Below, one piece after another: positions 1 through 10,762 of a DNA stretch of 64,000 nt (positions are counted from its first letter, which is position 1; each line of letters starts with the position of its first letter). Location: NCBI GenBank assembly GCA_025594325.1, contig JANHCV010000013.1, positions 1,054,001 to 1,118,000 of the forward strand, read 5' to 3'. Under the pieces are notes generated by a model. That model did not search any database. It worked only from the letters and a program-made list of their open reading frames with translations, and was not told where the DNA came from. Made by a program: the position numbers and the translations under genes. The DNA comes from Blastocladiella emersonii ATCC 22665. Lineage: Eukaryota > Fungi > Blastocladiomycota.

Positions 1-2
1 AC

Positions 3-773
3 ACGGAGTACAACGAGTCGCAGGCCGACGCGTCCCGCACAACCAGCGCCCTCGACGCAGATCGGACCCGCAAGTACCAGTCGGTCCTCGGCGCCCTGCT
101 CCACCTCGCCACTGTGTTGCGGCCCGACATCACGTTTGCAGTCGGTGTTGCGGCTCGCCGCGCATCGTGCCCGACGTTTGACAACTGCAAACTGCTCGCC
201 CAAATCTCGCGCTATGTGACCAGCACGCCCGATCCGGGGCTCAAGTACACACGCGGCGCCTCGATCGCCAACTCGCTCCAGTGCTTCGCCAACGCCGATT
301 ACACCGGCGACAAGGCGACGTGCCGCTCGACCTCGGGCGTCGTGATCCTGATCGCAGGCGCCCCCGTCGCGTGGATCTCCAAGCGCCAGGCATGGGTCGC
401 GCTGTCAATGGTCGAGTCGGAGCTCAACGCCGCCACCGAGGCAACGCGCGAGATCGTCTGGATCAAGGACCTGCTCGAGCAGATGACGCACACCACGCTC
501 GGCACGATCGTCCTGCAGGAGGACAACGCGCCGCTCATTGCCACCACCGACAACACCGTTGCCGTGTACCGCTTGGTCAAGCACGTCACGGTCCACATCG
601 CCTTCATCCGCAAGAAGGTCGACACGGGCGTGATCTCGATCAACAAGGTCGCGTCCAAGAACAACCTCGCCGACTTCTTCACCAAGCCCATTGTGAGCAC
701 GTTCGACTGGGCCGTGTCCCGACTCGGCCTTCACCCGCACCCGCTCGCCAAGCGCGACATCACTAAGGCGTAG
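3..773 (+). CDS. Ty1/copia pol, C-terminal part (end of RT plus RNase H), 5'-partial and degenerate
   Basis: Frame is open from the window edge. Motifs KYQSVLGALLHLA..RPDI, FANADYTGD (D>N in DADxAGD), RSTSG, ISKRQ..VALS..ESE, EDN and NLADFFTKP are the copia RNase H signature. A polypurine tract GGGGGAG follows at 795-801. Confidence 0.95.
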   Translation, partial: TEYNESQADASRTTSALDADRTRKYQSVLGALLHLATVLRPDITFAVGVAARRASCPTFDNCKLLAQISRYVTSTPDPGLKYTRGASIANSLQCFANADYTGDKATCRSTSGVVILIAGAPVAWISKRQAWVALSMVESELNAATEATREIVWIKDLLEQMTHTTLGTIVLQEDNAPLIATTDNTVAVYRLVKHVTVHIAFIRKKVDTGVISINKVASKNNLADFFTKPIVSTFDWAVSRLGLHPHPLAKRDITKA

Positions 774-801
774 GCTCCCCCTCGACCGGCAGTCGGGGGA
801 G

Positions 802-1126
802 AGTTCAAGTACACACGCGCACGCTGGCCCAACCGCGAGAGACGCGTCGGGCAATCACGCGAGTGGCACGCGCCGGCGGCGCCACACTTCCAGTCACCAC
901 TGGCGGACTGCCTCGCCGCGGGGTCGCACGCTCACCTCAAGCGAGCGTCTCCGCTCCCTCTGGTTTTGTTCGAGATCGCTGCTACTATTAGCCGTCGTTA
1001 TACACCCTTTCCTCCCTTCTGCGTCTACCTCCTTCGCTGTGTCCATCACCGTCTCCGTCATCTCCTCAGCCTTCCGTGCATCGTGCTCAACCTTCCTCTC
1101 GCACCCTGCACCTGTACGCTTCAACT
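802..1126 (+). repeat. Candidate 3' LTR of the copia element at the window start
   Basis: Begins right after the PPT. AGTTCAAG at 802 and CTTCAACT at 1119-1126 form an imperfect inverted pair. The partner LTR is outside the window, so the right end is unverified. Confidence 0.35.
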
Positions 1127-1351
1127 GGCTTTGCCCTGAAATGCAGGGCTTTGCCCTGAAATATTGGGTGGCCCCTTCGAAAGTCTCGGTCTGTGTCACG
1201 TGCTTTTGGCGGATTTCACTTGGTTTCATCAAGTCGTACATGTCACGTGACTGTGGCTGAACGCGTTTTGCGGCTTGCTCGCGACTTTGGCTCGGGCGAC
1301 GTTGCGCACTCCACTTCTCCTCCACGAAACGATAGCTTGAGCGGCTGTAAC

Positions 1352-1717
1352 ATGCCGCAACACGAGAGTCGGCCAAGGTGGACCGCAGAGGAGTGTGACC
1401 GCCTTGTCGACTGGCTTTGCCCCGACTCGAGCAACTACGCCACCTTCGCGTCGCACGGCCACCGCGCTGCTGCCGGTCGACACGCTGCCGCATGGCTCGC
1501 TCAGCATTCTGCTCATACACGCGCCCCTGAACCCGTCGGCAAGAAGCTCCATGAGCTGATTGACGCATACCATGGACTGCTTGCGTCGCTGTCGCTGTCC
1601 GCTGCAGATCTGCGCGACCCGTCCTCTCTCTCAGCTCTCCGCCTCGCCCTCATCAACAACGATCCAACGACCGCGCTGAACTTTCAACACGCGTGCCGCC
1701 GTTCAACGCGCATGTAA
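1352..1717 (+). CDS. Small Myb/SANT-like (trihelix-type) DNA-binding protein, possibly transposon-derived
   Basis: MPQHESRPRWTAEECDRLVDWL..(helix)..VGKKLHELIDAY matches the W-T-x-E-E-x3-L pattern of Myb/SANT-like domains. It may continue through a GTAAGC donor at about 1714. Confidence 0.55.
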   Translation: MPQHESRPRWTAEECDRLVDWLCPDSSNYATFASHGHRAAAGRHAAAWLAQHSAHTRAPEPVGKKLHELIDAYHGLLASLSLSAADLRDPSSLSALRLALINNDPTTALNFQHACRRSTRM

Positions 1718-1859
1718 GCGCTGCACTTACTTCAAACACCTTGTCCTCAACAGTCGCACCCAGGTCGCTTTCGCCTTCTGGTCCTGCACCTCCGCCTACC
1801 GCATCTGCAACCGTGCCTCCACCACCTGCTCCGCCACCGGGTCTGGCGTTGATTGTCAC

Positions 1860-2305
1860 ATTTGGGCTTGCCTCATCATGTCACGTGAGTGGCTGAACGC
1901 GTCCCCTTGCCCTTTCTCCCTCGCGCGCCCTCGCTGAATCAAAGTCAACCCGCAACAAATATGTACTCTGTTGTTGCTTCTTCATGTGTCAATGACGTTT
2001 CTTGGTTGCTGTGCGACTTGAGCCGCATCCGCGCCAAGTTGGCGGTTCACCTTACGTGTTACCTTGTCACTGTCGCTCTGCGCAGCATGTTATGCGGCAA
2101 CAGCAGCAGCAGCGCGGCTGAGTTGAGTCGCAGCCCCTGATCCTTGCCTTGATCGTGTCGCGATGGAGATGAGCAACCATAGGTTGGGGCAGAAACGCGA
2201 CAGGAACGCAATATGTTTCGCTATGACGACTTCACCGTAGTCTGAGCTATCTCAACTCGTTTGTTTGTCGACTCTCAAGCGCAGCACTCGAGATTCATCT
2301 TGGCT
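1860..2305 (+). repeat. Dispersed duplicated module, copy 1 (copy 2 at 8679-9191)
   Basis: Colinear high similarity: ATTTGGGCTTGCCTCATCA..CATGTCACGTGAGTGGCTGAACGCGTCCCC..GCGATGGAGATGAGCAACCATA..CTCAAGCGCA. Each copy is followed directly by a minisatellite array. Confidence 0.9.
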
Positions 2306-2338
2306 TAAATCACTGTTGCGCGGCGCGGCGTCGCTCAG

Positions 2339-3063
2339 CGACGGAACGAGGCGACGCTGGCAATCAACGCAACGAGGCAACGCTGATCATGAACGCAACG
2401 AGGCGACGCTGATCATGAACGCAACGAGGCGACGCTGATTACGAACTCAACAAGGCGACGCTGGTCATTGACGCAACGAGGCGACGCTGGTCATTGACGC
2501 AACAAGGCGACGCTCACCAAGTCAACGCAACGAGGCGACGCTAGTCATCGACGCAACGAGCTGACGCTGATCATTAACGCAACAAGGCGACGTTGATCAC
2601 GACCCAACAAGGCGACGCTGATCACGACCCAACAACGCGATGCTGTTCATCGACACAACGAGGCGACGCTGAACATTGACGTAAGGAGGCGACGCTGACT
2701 ATCAACGCAACGAGGCAACGCTGATCCGCAACTTAACGAGGCAACGCTGAACATTGAAGTAACGAGGCGGCGCTGAACATTGACGTAACGAGGCGACGCT
2801 AGACATTCACGGAACGAGGCGACGCTGGACATCAACGCAGGAAGGCGACGCTGGTCATGGACGCAACAAGGCGGCGCTGATCATCGACCTGGCAAGGCGG
2901 CGCTGACTATCAACCCAATAAGGCGACGCTGGTCATCAACCCAACAAGACGACGCTGGTCATGGATGCAACGAGGCGACGCTGGTCATCTACGCAACGAG
3001 GCGACGCTGGTTATCAACCCAACAAGGCAAACCTGATCATCGACGCAACGAGGCGATGCTGAT
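2339..3063 (+). repeat. Minisatellite array, ~26-bp unit (core CAACGAGGCGACGCTG plus variable ~10-bp linker)
   Basis: Roughly 27 tandem units read directly, e.g. GTCATCGACG-CAACGAGGCGACGCTG. Confidence 0.95.
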
Positions 3064-3299
3064 CAACTACTCTTAGGGCCCGTTTGGTTCCGGGGTGAAT
3101 CAGGTGGATCAATCGATTTTACACGGTCCGGTGTTCACCCAGCTGAAACGTGGCATTTTCACCCCGTCGCGTTCATCGCGGCGTTTGGGTCGACCCCCGG
3201 ATGAGCTGAATGGAACCCTCGTCGCTGAATTGCCCGTCTGCTCGCCCCCGAAACCTTCAGGCTGTGCTTCCCGGCCTATATAAACCCTGTTTTCCTTCG

Positions 3300-3674
3300 T
3301 GGGGCAGCTCGACCACCACCGGCGAGTACTCGCACCTCGAGCAGGACGGCAAGGAGTCTGGTGACGTGGAAGGTGTCGATGGTCAAGACGACGCGGCCCC
3401 CGCCAGCAAGCGCAGCCGCACTTCGGACAGCAGCTCGCGTCGCCTCTCGGACTCGGAATTCCTCATGGGCATCAAGGAGGTGTTCCAGAGCGTCGCGACC
3501 GCCGACTCCAAGCCCGTTCTGACCGCCGCACTTGAATGGGTCCAGGACGCGTACAATGACAATGAAGAGTACCAGATCGACGTCGCCACCCGCCTGACCG
3601 AGGATCAAGCGCTTCGCGTCATGGCCGTGTCCGAATCGAAGCGCAAGCGCGTCCTCGAGTTTTTCATTCAGTAG
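3300..3674 (+). pseudogene. Harbinger accessory-protein remnant: C-terminal part only, Myb/SANT N-terminus apparently deleted
   Basis: A TATA-like CCTATATAAA at ~3275 is followed by coding-like sequence (PASKRSR NLS, helical EWVQDAY..VATRLTEDQALRVM..KRVLEFF) with no suitable ATG and no Myb domain. Position and orientation match Harbinger ORF2. Confidence 0.6.
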
Positions 3675-3987
3675 CTCTCTCGCACATGTCCCCCTCCCCT
3701 CGCGTTGCTTCCTGGCCTTGTTCTCGCCCATTTGTGTCCAATACATCTGGCTTTGTGTCCATCGTATCTTCAATCGTTACCCTTGGCTCGAAAATGACGC
3801 GACTCGTTGAGAAACGCGTGGTTCTCAAAGTGTCTCGCACGTCACGTGATTGATCGACGCGTCTCCACCGATGCGTTCTGACCTCAGCGACGCGTCAAAT
3901 CATCTGGAATCGCTTATCTAACGTTATAGTACTTGACAAATCAGTATATTACAGCATGCATGCGGGTACAACAATTATTTCGCGCCT

Positions 3988-5305
3988 TCAAAGACGGGTC
4001 CCACGAGCGGCCATGACGCGCCTGTACTCGGTCCAAAGAACATTTGCGACGCGGTTCCGAAGCGAGATACCGCGCTGACGAGCTCCGTCCAGCGAGGCCT
4101 CGAGGACAGCGGCCTCGTCGTCCTCCTCGTTCTCGTCGTCCAGGGGCTCGCGCCCACGCACTGGCGCCTCACGCGCCGCGTCCCGCGCGCGCCGGAGCTC
4201 CGTCTCGGCGTCGCGAAAGAAGGCGTCGCCGCCTTGGTTCCACTTGTTGATCATGTTGTGCAGCGTGCAGAGCGCGTACACAAGCTTGACTTGAGTCTTG
4301 ATTGGGTAGGCCGCGCCAATCGAGAGGACGCGGAACCGCTTCTTGAGCACGCCAAAGATATGCTCAATGGAGTTGCGGAGCGACGCGTGACGCAGATTGA
4401 AAAGCTCTTCGCGGTTCTTAACTCTACGTACGTTGGTGAAGCAGATGAGATGGCGCCAACGTGATGGTCATGGCAGTGAGAACGTACCCATCCTTGCCGC
4501 GGGCAAACTCGCGAAGATGATAGCGGGTACCGCTGAAGGGCACGATGATGGACGTGCGGTTTGCGTAGCCGCCGTCGGCGAGGTAGAAGCGGCCGGCGGG
4601 GATCTTGAACCCACGGGCGAAGGCGTCCGAGAGCACGCGCGAGTCGTGCGCCTTGCCCTCCCACCCTGCGAGAACGTAGGTGAAGTTCAAGTCAAAGTCG
4701 CAGGCAGCGAGGACATTTGAGGAGATGGTCCCCTTGCGGTTTCGGAACGAGTCGTGAAGCTTGGCGGGCACAACAAACGGGATGTGCGTTCCGTCAAGCG
4801 CGCCGACCGCGTTCTGGAACGGAGCGTATTTCGGGTCGTGGGCGATGCGCTCATGCACGGGCGTAGAATCGGACGGCTGGACAATGAACTCGGGCATCAG
4901 GCGGTACAGAGCGTCGAGCACCTGCTTCAGAACCCTGGACGCGGTCTCGCCAGAGATTTGGAACCGCTCCCTGAGGTTGCGGTTGGTGCTGCCCTCGCCG
5001 GCCATGACAAGAAAAACCATGAAGCGCGCCTCGACGGACAGCTCGCGGCCGTCGGTGAGAAGGCCACGGTCGCGGAACAGGCGGCAGATGGCCTTGAAGG
5101 TCTCGCGGGGCATACGGGCGATTTCCGAAAAACGCGTTTTGCTGTTGCACGTCAGCAGCTCTTGAACCCACGACTCGCCAGAAAGCGTGGACGTGCGGAT
5201 AGGCTCCCACGAGCGGCGCTCGTTGCGCGCAGCGAGACGTCGCAGGAGAGCGAGGGCGGCCGTGAGCATGAGGCCGCGCAGCTTGCGGTTGTATCTCTTG
5301 CCCAT
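3988..5305 (-). CDS. Harbinger DDE transposase (DDE_Tnp_4-like), 2 exons, ~417 aa, apparently intact
   Basis: Motifs GALDGTHIP, AGWEGKAHDSRVL, YLADGGY, FNLRHASLRNSIEHIFGVLKKRF. Removing the 64-nt GTACGT..ACGTAG intron (4424-4487) joins ORF 4424-5416 to ORF 3988-4350 in frame. Confidence 0.93.
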
Positions 5306-6352
5306 GTTGTTTGAGGGCTTGAGAACACGATGCGTGAGGTTAGGTGTTGATTCGTTGCAATAAGTGCGGCTGCAAAGAGGTGGGAAAGATTTTATTGCGG
5401 GGGGGGGGGGGTTCATCCAGCGGGGCGTTTGGTTCGCACGGCCACTGAGATGAACGGGGGTGAGGTGAAACGTGGCAACTTTTTCAGCTGATCCACCTGA
5501 TCTGAACCAAACGGGCCCTTACAAGCACTTTCCCAAATTCTTCGGCTTGCTCCCGGCCTGCCCATTGGCCCGTTTCAGCCGTGAGGCATTTTTTCGATTG
5601 GCGCGTTTCAGCCCGGCGGACCCGTTTTGATTGGCTCCCACCGGCCAATCCCCTTGCTCCTCTGCCACTCCCTCCCGCGCTTCCTATTCGTCAGAAAAGA
5701 GTCACCTGATCTCGCTGTCACTCCAGCTTTCCCGCAAGCGTCTGTTGCTCTTCCTCCTTGGCGCCCGCCTCAACGTCGCTCTCTTCGTGTCAGCGCTTCT
5801 CCCTGTCCATGCAGCTCTCACTACTGTTCTTGAAGGCGCTCTCCATGGTCGCCGCCTTCGCTCCCCTTTCAGCGCTCTCCCCTCCGACCACGGCCCACCC
5901 GCTCTCCCCTCCAGCGCTCTTCCCTTTGACCACGGCGCTGCCGCTCCCTCGCCCAGCGCTCTCCCCTCAGACCACGGCGCTGCTTCTGCCGCGCGCCTGC
6001 ACTCTTTGCCTGCCCGTACCTTGCACCATCAGCAGTCCCGTCTCCACGCGCGCTCTTCACTGTATCCGTTGGCCCGTCCCCGCCTCGCTCCTCTCCCTGC
6101 TCCCGTCCGTTGTGCACGACGTCGCTGCTCTCCCATCTCCATCTCCATCTCCCCAAGCCTCGCCGCTCCATCCATCTGCAACACCCGCCATCACTCGCGC
6201 CATCACGCAAGCCGCGGCGGCCATCGCGCGCCAGCCACTCGACCTGAGACGTTTCCTTTCGCTCTCCCTGCGTCACTACCACTCCCCTTCTTCGCACCGC
6301 ACGTATCCGACCATCGAATCGTTCGCATCCGCTCGCCCGTTGCTGTTCCCTA

Positions 6353-6840
6353 CTGCACTGGTGAGGTGCGCGAGCCCGCAGGGCGAGCTCCGCGATCAAG
6401 ACTAACGCGCACGTTGACTTGCGACCTCGCTAGCCGGGCTCGCCGCGGCGCGCTCTCTCTCACCTTCCGCACACGCGCAAGACCTGCTGCGTCGTCCGCT
6501 GCTGATCTTTCACTTCGCCGCACCCTGCACCGCTCGCGACCACCATCGCCACGTTCGCATCCGCTGGACCTGCGCTCGCCCGCGCCGACCCTTGGTCCGT
6601 TGCTATTTCCCCGCCGTTACTATCGCCCTCCATCCGCACCCTCCTTGGTCGACTCGGTGTCAATGTCTTCCGCTCGCTCGCTCGCCCCTCTCGCGCCATC
6701 CCGACACGGCCCGCGGCCGTTCCCTCCTGCACTGGTGAGGCGCGCGAGCCCGCAGGGCGAGCTCCGCGATCAAGACTAACGCGCACGTTGACTTGCGACC
6801 TCGCGTGAGGGGCGCGAGCCCGAAGGGCGAGCTCCGTGAT
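6353..6840 (+). repeat. 78-bp direct repeat (6353-6430, 6727-6804) plus a partial third copy (6805-6840)
   Basis: CTGCACTGGTGAGG(T/C)GCGCGAGCCCGCAGGGCGAGCTCCGCGATCAAGACTAACGCGCACGTTGACTTGCGACCTCGC, 1 mismatch between the two full copies. Confidence 0.9.
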
Positions 6841-7344
6841 GAAACCTCGCGAGCGCATCGACCCATGAGCTCGCTCGCCACGCTTGCCACCGCCCGCTCG
6901 CTCATCATCCACGAACTCCACGACTCGCTCTGCCGTTTGCTCCCGCCCCTCGAGTCCATGGTGCTTCGCCACGTCGGTTCCCGCTGCGTGTACTGACCGG
7001 CCGAATGTCTGCCGTTCCCCAATCAGCGCCGCCGGCCGGCCTTACTGCTACTCTTATGTAACTCGGCTACTTCCCCATCGCAACCCCACATCAGCGGCGG
7101 CGCATGTGGGGCATCTCACTGGAACTTTGGTGTACTTGGTGCCGTCGGCATAGCCTTTCACGCGGACCAAGTCTCGCGCCGGCTGTCTCTACTCACGCGT
7201 CGTCGCGATCCTGCAAGCGCGAATTGCTCGCTCCTCATTCACGTTCTCCATCAATGCATGACGCATCGGTTTCAGCAACTTGAAGCGGCTCACTGTCGCA
7301 TTCGCGAACGCACAGTTACTTCCCTCTCAGCACATTGTATTCGC

Positions 7345-8000
7345 GGAATCCACGGCGAGGATTGCGACCGCGCTCTCGCTTCCCTGCCGCGCGACTCGCT
7401 TGATCGCAGAAATGATCTCTTCCTGCTCCTCACGTCTCGAACTGAGCGATATAAGACATTCGGCGCTCTATCATCGTACCCTCCCGTCAGTAATTCTCCC
7501 AATCACACAGCGAATTCCCAGACGGCTACTTAGGAGGCCGGAAATCCGCACCTCCCTCAGAAGCACCAAAGGCCGTTGCAACGGCGCCCTCCCTCTACCC
7601 GCAGCCATACCGAACAGCAACTCCCTCAACCACGAGCTCACGACAGTCGACAGCGACCTTCCCGGTCCCCGCAGTAGTCAGGTTCCCCGCTGATTCGCTT
7701 CGCGATGGCCGCAGCCGCTCACACTTCCCTGCCGCGCGCCCGCCTGATCGCAGCAATGATCTCTTCCGCACCTCGCGTCTCTGACGGAACGGCTGCATAC
7801 GCTCGGCACCCTCCCAGTCTAAACTCAATTCAGCAACTCCCCCGATTACACTGCAAATTCCCAGACAGCGACTTGGGAGGCCGAACAGCTGCACCTCCTC
7901 CAAAAGCACCAACGGCCGACGCGACGGCACCCATCTGCTACTACTCGCAACCACACCAAACAGCAGGTCCCTCAACGGCGGGCTCGCAACAGTACGTAAC
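7345..8000 (+). repeat. Diverged tandem duplication, ~350-bp unit
   Basis: CTTCCCTGCCGCGCG..TGATCGCAG.AATGATCTCTTCC and ATTCCCAGAC.GC.ACTT.GGAGGCCG each occur twice, about 350 bp apart. Confidence 0.7.
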
Positions 8001-8221
8001 TCGACAGCGGCCTCCCGGTTCCAGCGGTGGTCAACGTCCCCGTTTCAGCCTCGGCAGGTCCCCCGAATCGCGATCGCACGCGTTCAGCCACACCTCTCCC
8101 TGAAACGCGGCGCGATCACCTCCCCATCCGAAACTCCCCGCTACCCCGCTGCAACTCGCGTCGCCAAACCTCCCCCTACAGCACCCTCCCCAACGTGGCG
8201 ACGCGTAGAAAAAACTTGTCA

Positions 8222-8400
8222 CCAACTCAACAAGGCGGCGCTGAACTTCAACTCAACAAGGCGGCGCTGAACTTCAACTCAACAAGGCGACGCTGGTCAT
8301 CGATGCAACGAGGCGGCGCTGTTCATCGATGCAACTAGGCGGCGCTGGCCACTAACTCGACAGGGTAACGCTGATAATCAACGCAACGAGGCGACGCTGG
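8222..8400 (+). repeat. Minisatellite array of the same 26-bp family (short)
   Basis: About 7 units of CAACAAGGCG(G/A)CGCTG plus linker. Confidence 0.9.
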
Positions 8401-8678
8401 CCGCCTTTAAGAAGTTTCCTCGAGCTTGCCATCACGCGGAACCTGAACATCAGCGTGTTCGTTCGCGCGGCGAAGCGCAGGGTCGGCAAGCGAGCGTTTG
8501 TATGCCGGGAGGTGGGCGCGTCGCACGATTTGGTCAGAGAGTACGAAAGCATGCGCGGCGCGAGGTTGGGTAAGGGCGAAAGGGCAAAGCCCTGCGCCGG
8601 TGCCAGCCGAAGGCTGTGTGACGGAAAATATTGGGTGGCCCCTTCGAGTTTCTATCCTGGGTCACGTGCTCTTGACGG

Positions 8679-9191
8679 ATTTGGGCTTGCCTCATCAGGC
8701 TGATACATGTCACGTGAGTGGCTGAACGCGTCCCCTCGCCCTTTCTCCCTCGCGCGCCCTCGCTGAATCAAAGTCAACCCGCAACAAATATGTACTTTGT
8801 TGTTGCTACTTAATGTGTCAATGACGATTCTTGATTGCTGTGCGACTTTAGCCGCATCCGCGCCAAGTTGGCGACTGTACCTCATTTAGCTTCCTTACAA
8901 AGTTAATTTTGCAGCTGAGCCAAGGCGGCGGTTCACCTTACGTGTTACCTTGTCGCTGTCGCTCTGCGCAGCATGATAGGCGGCAACAGCAGCAGCAGCG
9001 CGGCTGAGTTGAGTCGCAGCCCCTGATCCTTGTCTTGATCGTGTCGCGATGGAGATGAGCAACCATATGCTGGGGCAGAAACTCGACAAGAACGCAATAC
9101 TTTCGCTTTGACGATCTGAGCGTAATCCGAGCTAACTCACCTTGTTTGCTTGTTGACTCTCAAGCGCATCACTCAATCCTCGTCTTGGCTC
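8679..9191 (+). repeat. Dispersed duplicated module, copy 2
   Basis: Matches 1860-2305. It is preceded by AAATATTGGGTGGCCCCTTCGA, also found at about 1159. Confidence 0.9.
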
Positions 9192-9205
9192 CAATTAGTG
9201 CTGCG

Positions 9206-9958
9206 CGGCAAGGCGACGCTGGTCATCGATGCAACGAGCCGACGCTGGCCATCGATGCAACGAGGCGACGGTGACCACGATGCAACGAGCCGACGCTGGT
9301 CATCAATGCAACGAGCCGACGCTGGTCATCGATGCAACAAGCCGACGCTGGTCATCGATGCAACGAGCCGTCGCTGGTCATCGATGCAAGGAGCCGACGC
9401 TGGTCATCGATGCAAAGAGCCGACGCTGGTCATCGATGCAAGGAGCCGACGCTGGTCATCGATGCAACGAGCCGACGCTGGTCACGACCCAACGAGGCGA
9501 CGCTGAACATCGAAGTAACGAGGTGGCGCTGAACATTCACGGAACGAGGCGACGCTGGACATCAACGCAGCAAGGCGACGCTGGTCGCCAGCACAACAAG
9601 GCAACGCTGATCACCAACTCGACAAGGCGACGCTGACTATCAACTCGACAAGGCGACGCTGGCATCAACCCAACAAGACGACGCTGGTCATGGATGCAAC
9701 AAGGCGGAGCTGGTCATCAAGTCAACAAGGCGACGCTGGTCATCAACTTAACAAGGCGACGCTGGCCATCAACTTAACAAGACGACGCTGGCCATCGATG
9801 CGACGAGGCGACGCTGATTGTCAACGCAATAAGGCGGCGCTGATCCTCAATCCAACGAGGCGACGCTGGCTGCCCGTGCACTGTGCGTTCTGCAGGATCA
9901 TGAACATGAGCGGCAGCGGCGCGCTGATTGTCGACCAAACGAGGCGACGGCGACGCTG
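9206..9958 (+). repeat. Minisatellite array of the same 26-bp family, with a homogenised block
   Basis: About 28 units. 9220-9480 is a near-uniform run of GTCATCGATGCAACGAGCCGACGCTG. Confidence 0.95.
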
Positions 9959-10762
9959 TTTGCCTACAACAACGCTTTATTGACCTCGCGATCACGCGCA
10001 ACCTGCAAAGCATCGTGCTTGTGTCTGCGGGTGAGGTCAAGGTCGGCAAGCGCTCGCTAATGTGCCAAGAGGTGCACGCGCTGCGCAACACGGTCAACTT
10101 GGACGCGGGTAACGCGTCCATCACGCAAGTATTTTTCCCAAAGATGCGCGCCGGAATCGAAGAAGCGTGCGCAACTGAAAATGTGCTCATTGCCGACTTA
10201 CGCTCATGAACGCTGAGGAGGGGAAGCGAGCGCGAGGCGAGGATGGCCATGGGCAAGGGCAAAAGGGCAAAGCCCTGCGCCGGTGCCAGCCGAAGGCTGT
10301 GTGACGGCAAATTTTACATTTGTGTTCGCCGATCAGGCGAAGGAGCTGTCGTTTCTGTGGTGTGGCGCAACACGTCAGCACGTCTGCGGCACAGCTGCAA
10401 CCCGTGGTTTGCTGTGATGCTGCCAGTGACGGGGGATCTCAGCCACATCGAAACCAATGTATTACTACCTCCTTGTGCGCTTCAACATTTTCAACGCCGC
10501 TCTCCCTGGCGAAGCTGAGAGACGCGACTTGTCCTCAACCCTCGCTTCGCCGGGTCACTCAAGCGTGTAAGAATGCCATCCGAAGACGGCGGTAGTACAT
10601 AGATGCGTCGAAACGAGGGCGAGAAGTCAAAGGGAGCGGGAACAGTCCAGGTCGTCAAACCCAACCTGGTCCACGAGATGTTGCATACTCGAGGCTTCAA
10701 AATCAAACACGAGCTTTTCAAGCGAACGAGGGAGTCGCAAGAGCATCGGGTACATTTCATCG

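Larger units (their letters stand above)
3076..5518. mobile_element. PIF/Harbinger DNA transposon
   Basis: Perfect 15-bp TIRs GGGCCCGTTTGGTTC (3076-3090, 5504-5518) and TTA TSD (3073-3075, 5519-5521). Subterminal TCAGGTGGATCA is inverted at both ends. Two convergent ORFs. Confidence 0.97.
1127..10315 (+). mobile_element. Putative non-autonomous Helentron/HINE-like element in a head-to-tail arrangement, with nested Harbinger and other content
   Basis: 5' motif CAGGGCTTTGCCCTG (1144-1158) is inverted relative to AGGGCAAAGCCCTG at 8581 and 10264. Each 3' copy is followed by the hairpin CAGCC-GAA-GGCTG (8604, 10287). A duplicated internal module and central tandem arrays are present. No Rep/helicase ORF. 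Confidence 0.4.

Noticed and set aside
2339-9958. CRISPR-like appearance of the 26-bp arrays (constant part plus variable part)
   Set aside because: The variable parts are only ~10 bp, recur many times and are related to each other. There are no cas genes and the context is eukaryotic. This is a minisatellite.
9150-9983. ORFs translated from the minisatellite
   Set aside because: A 26-bp unit is not a multiple of 3, so the same peptide appears in all three frames. The openness is compositional.
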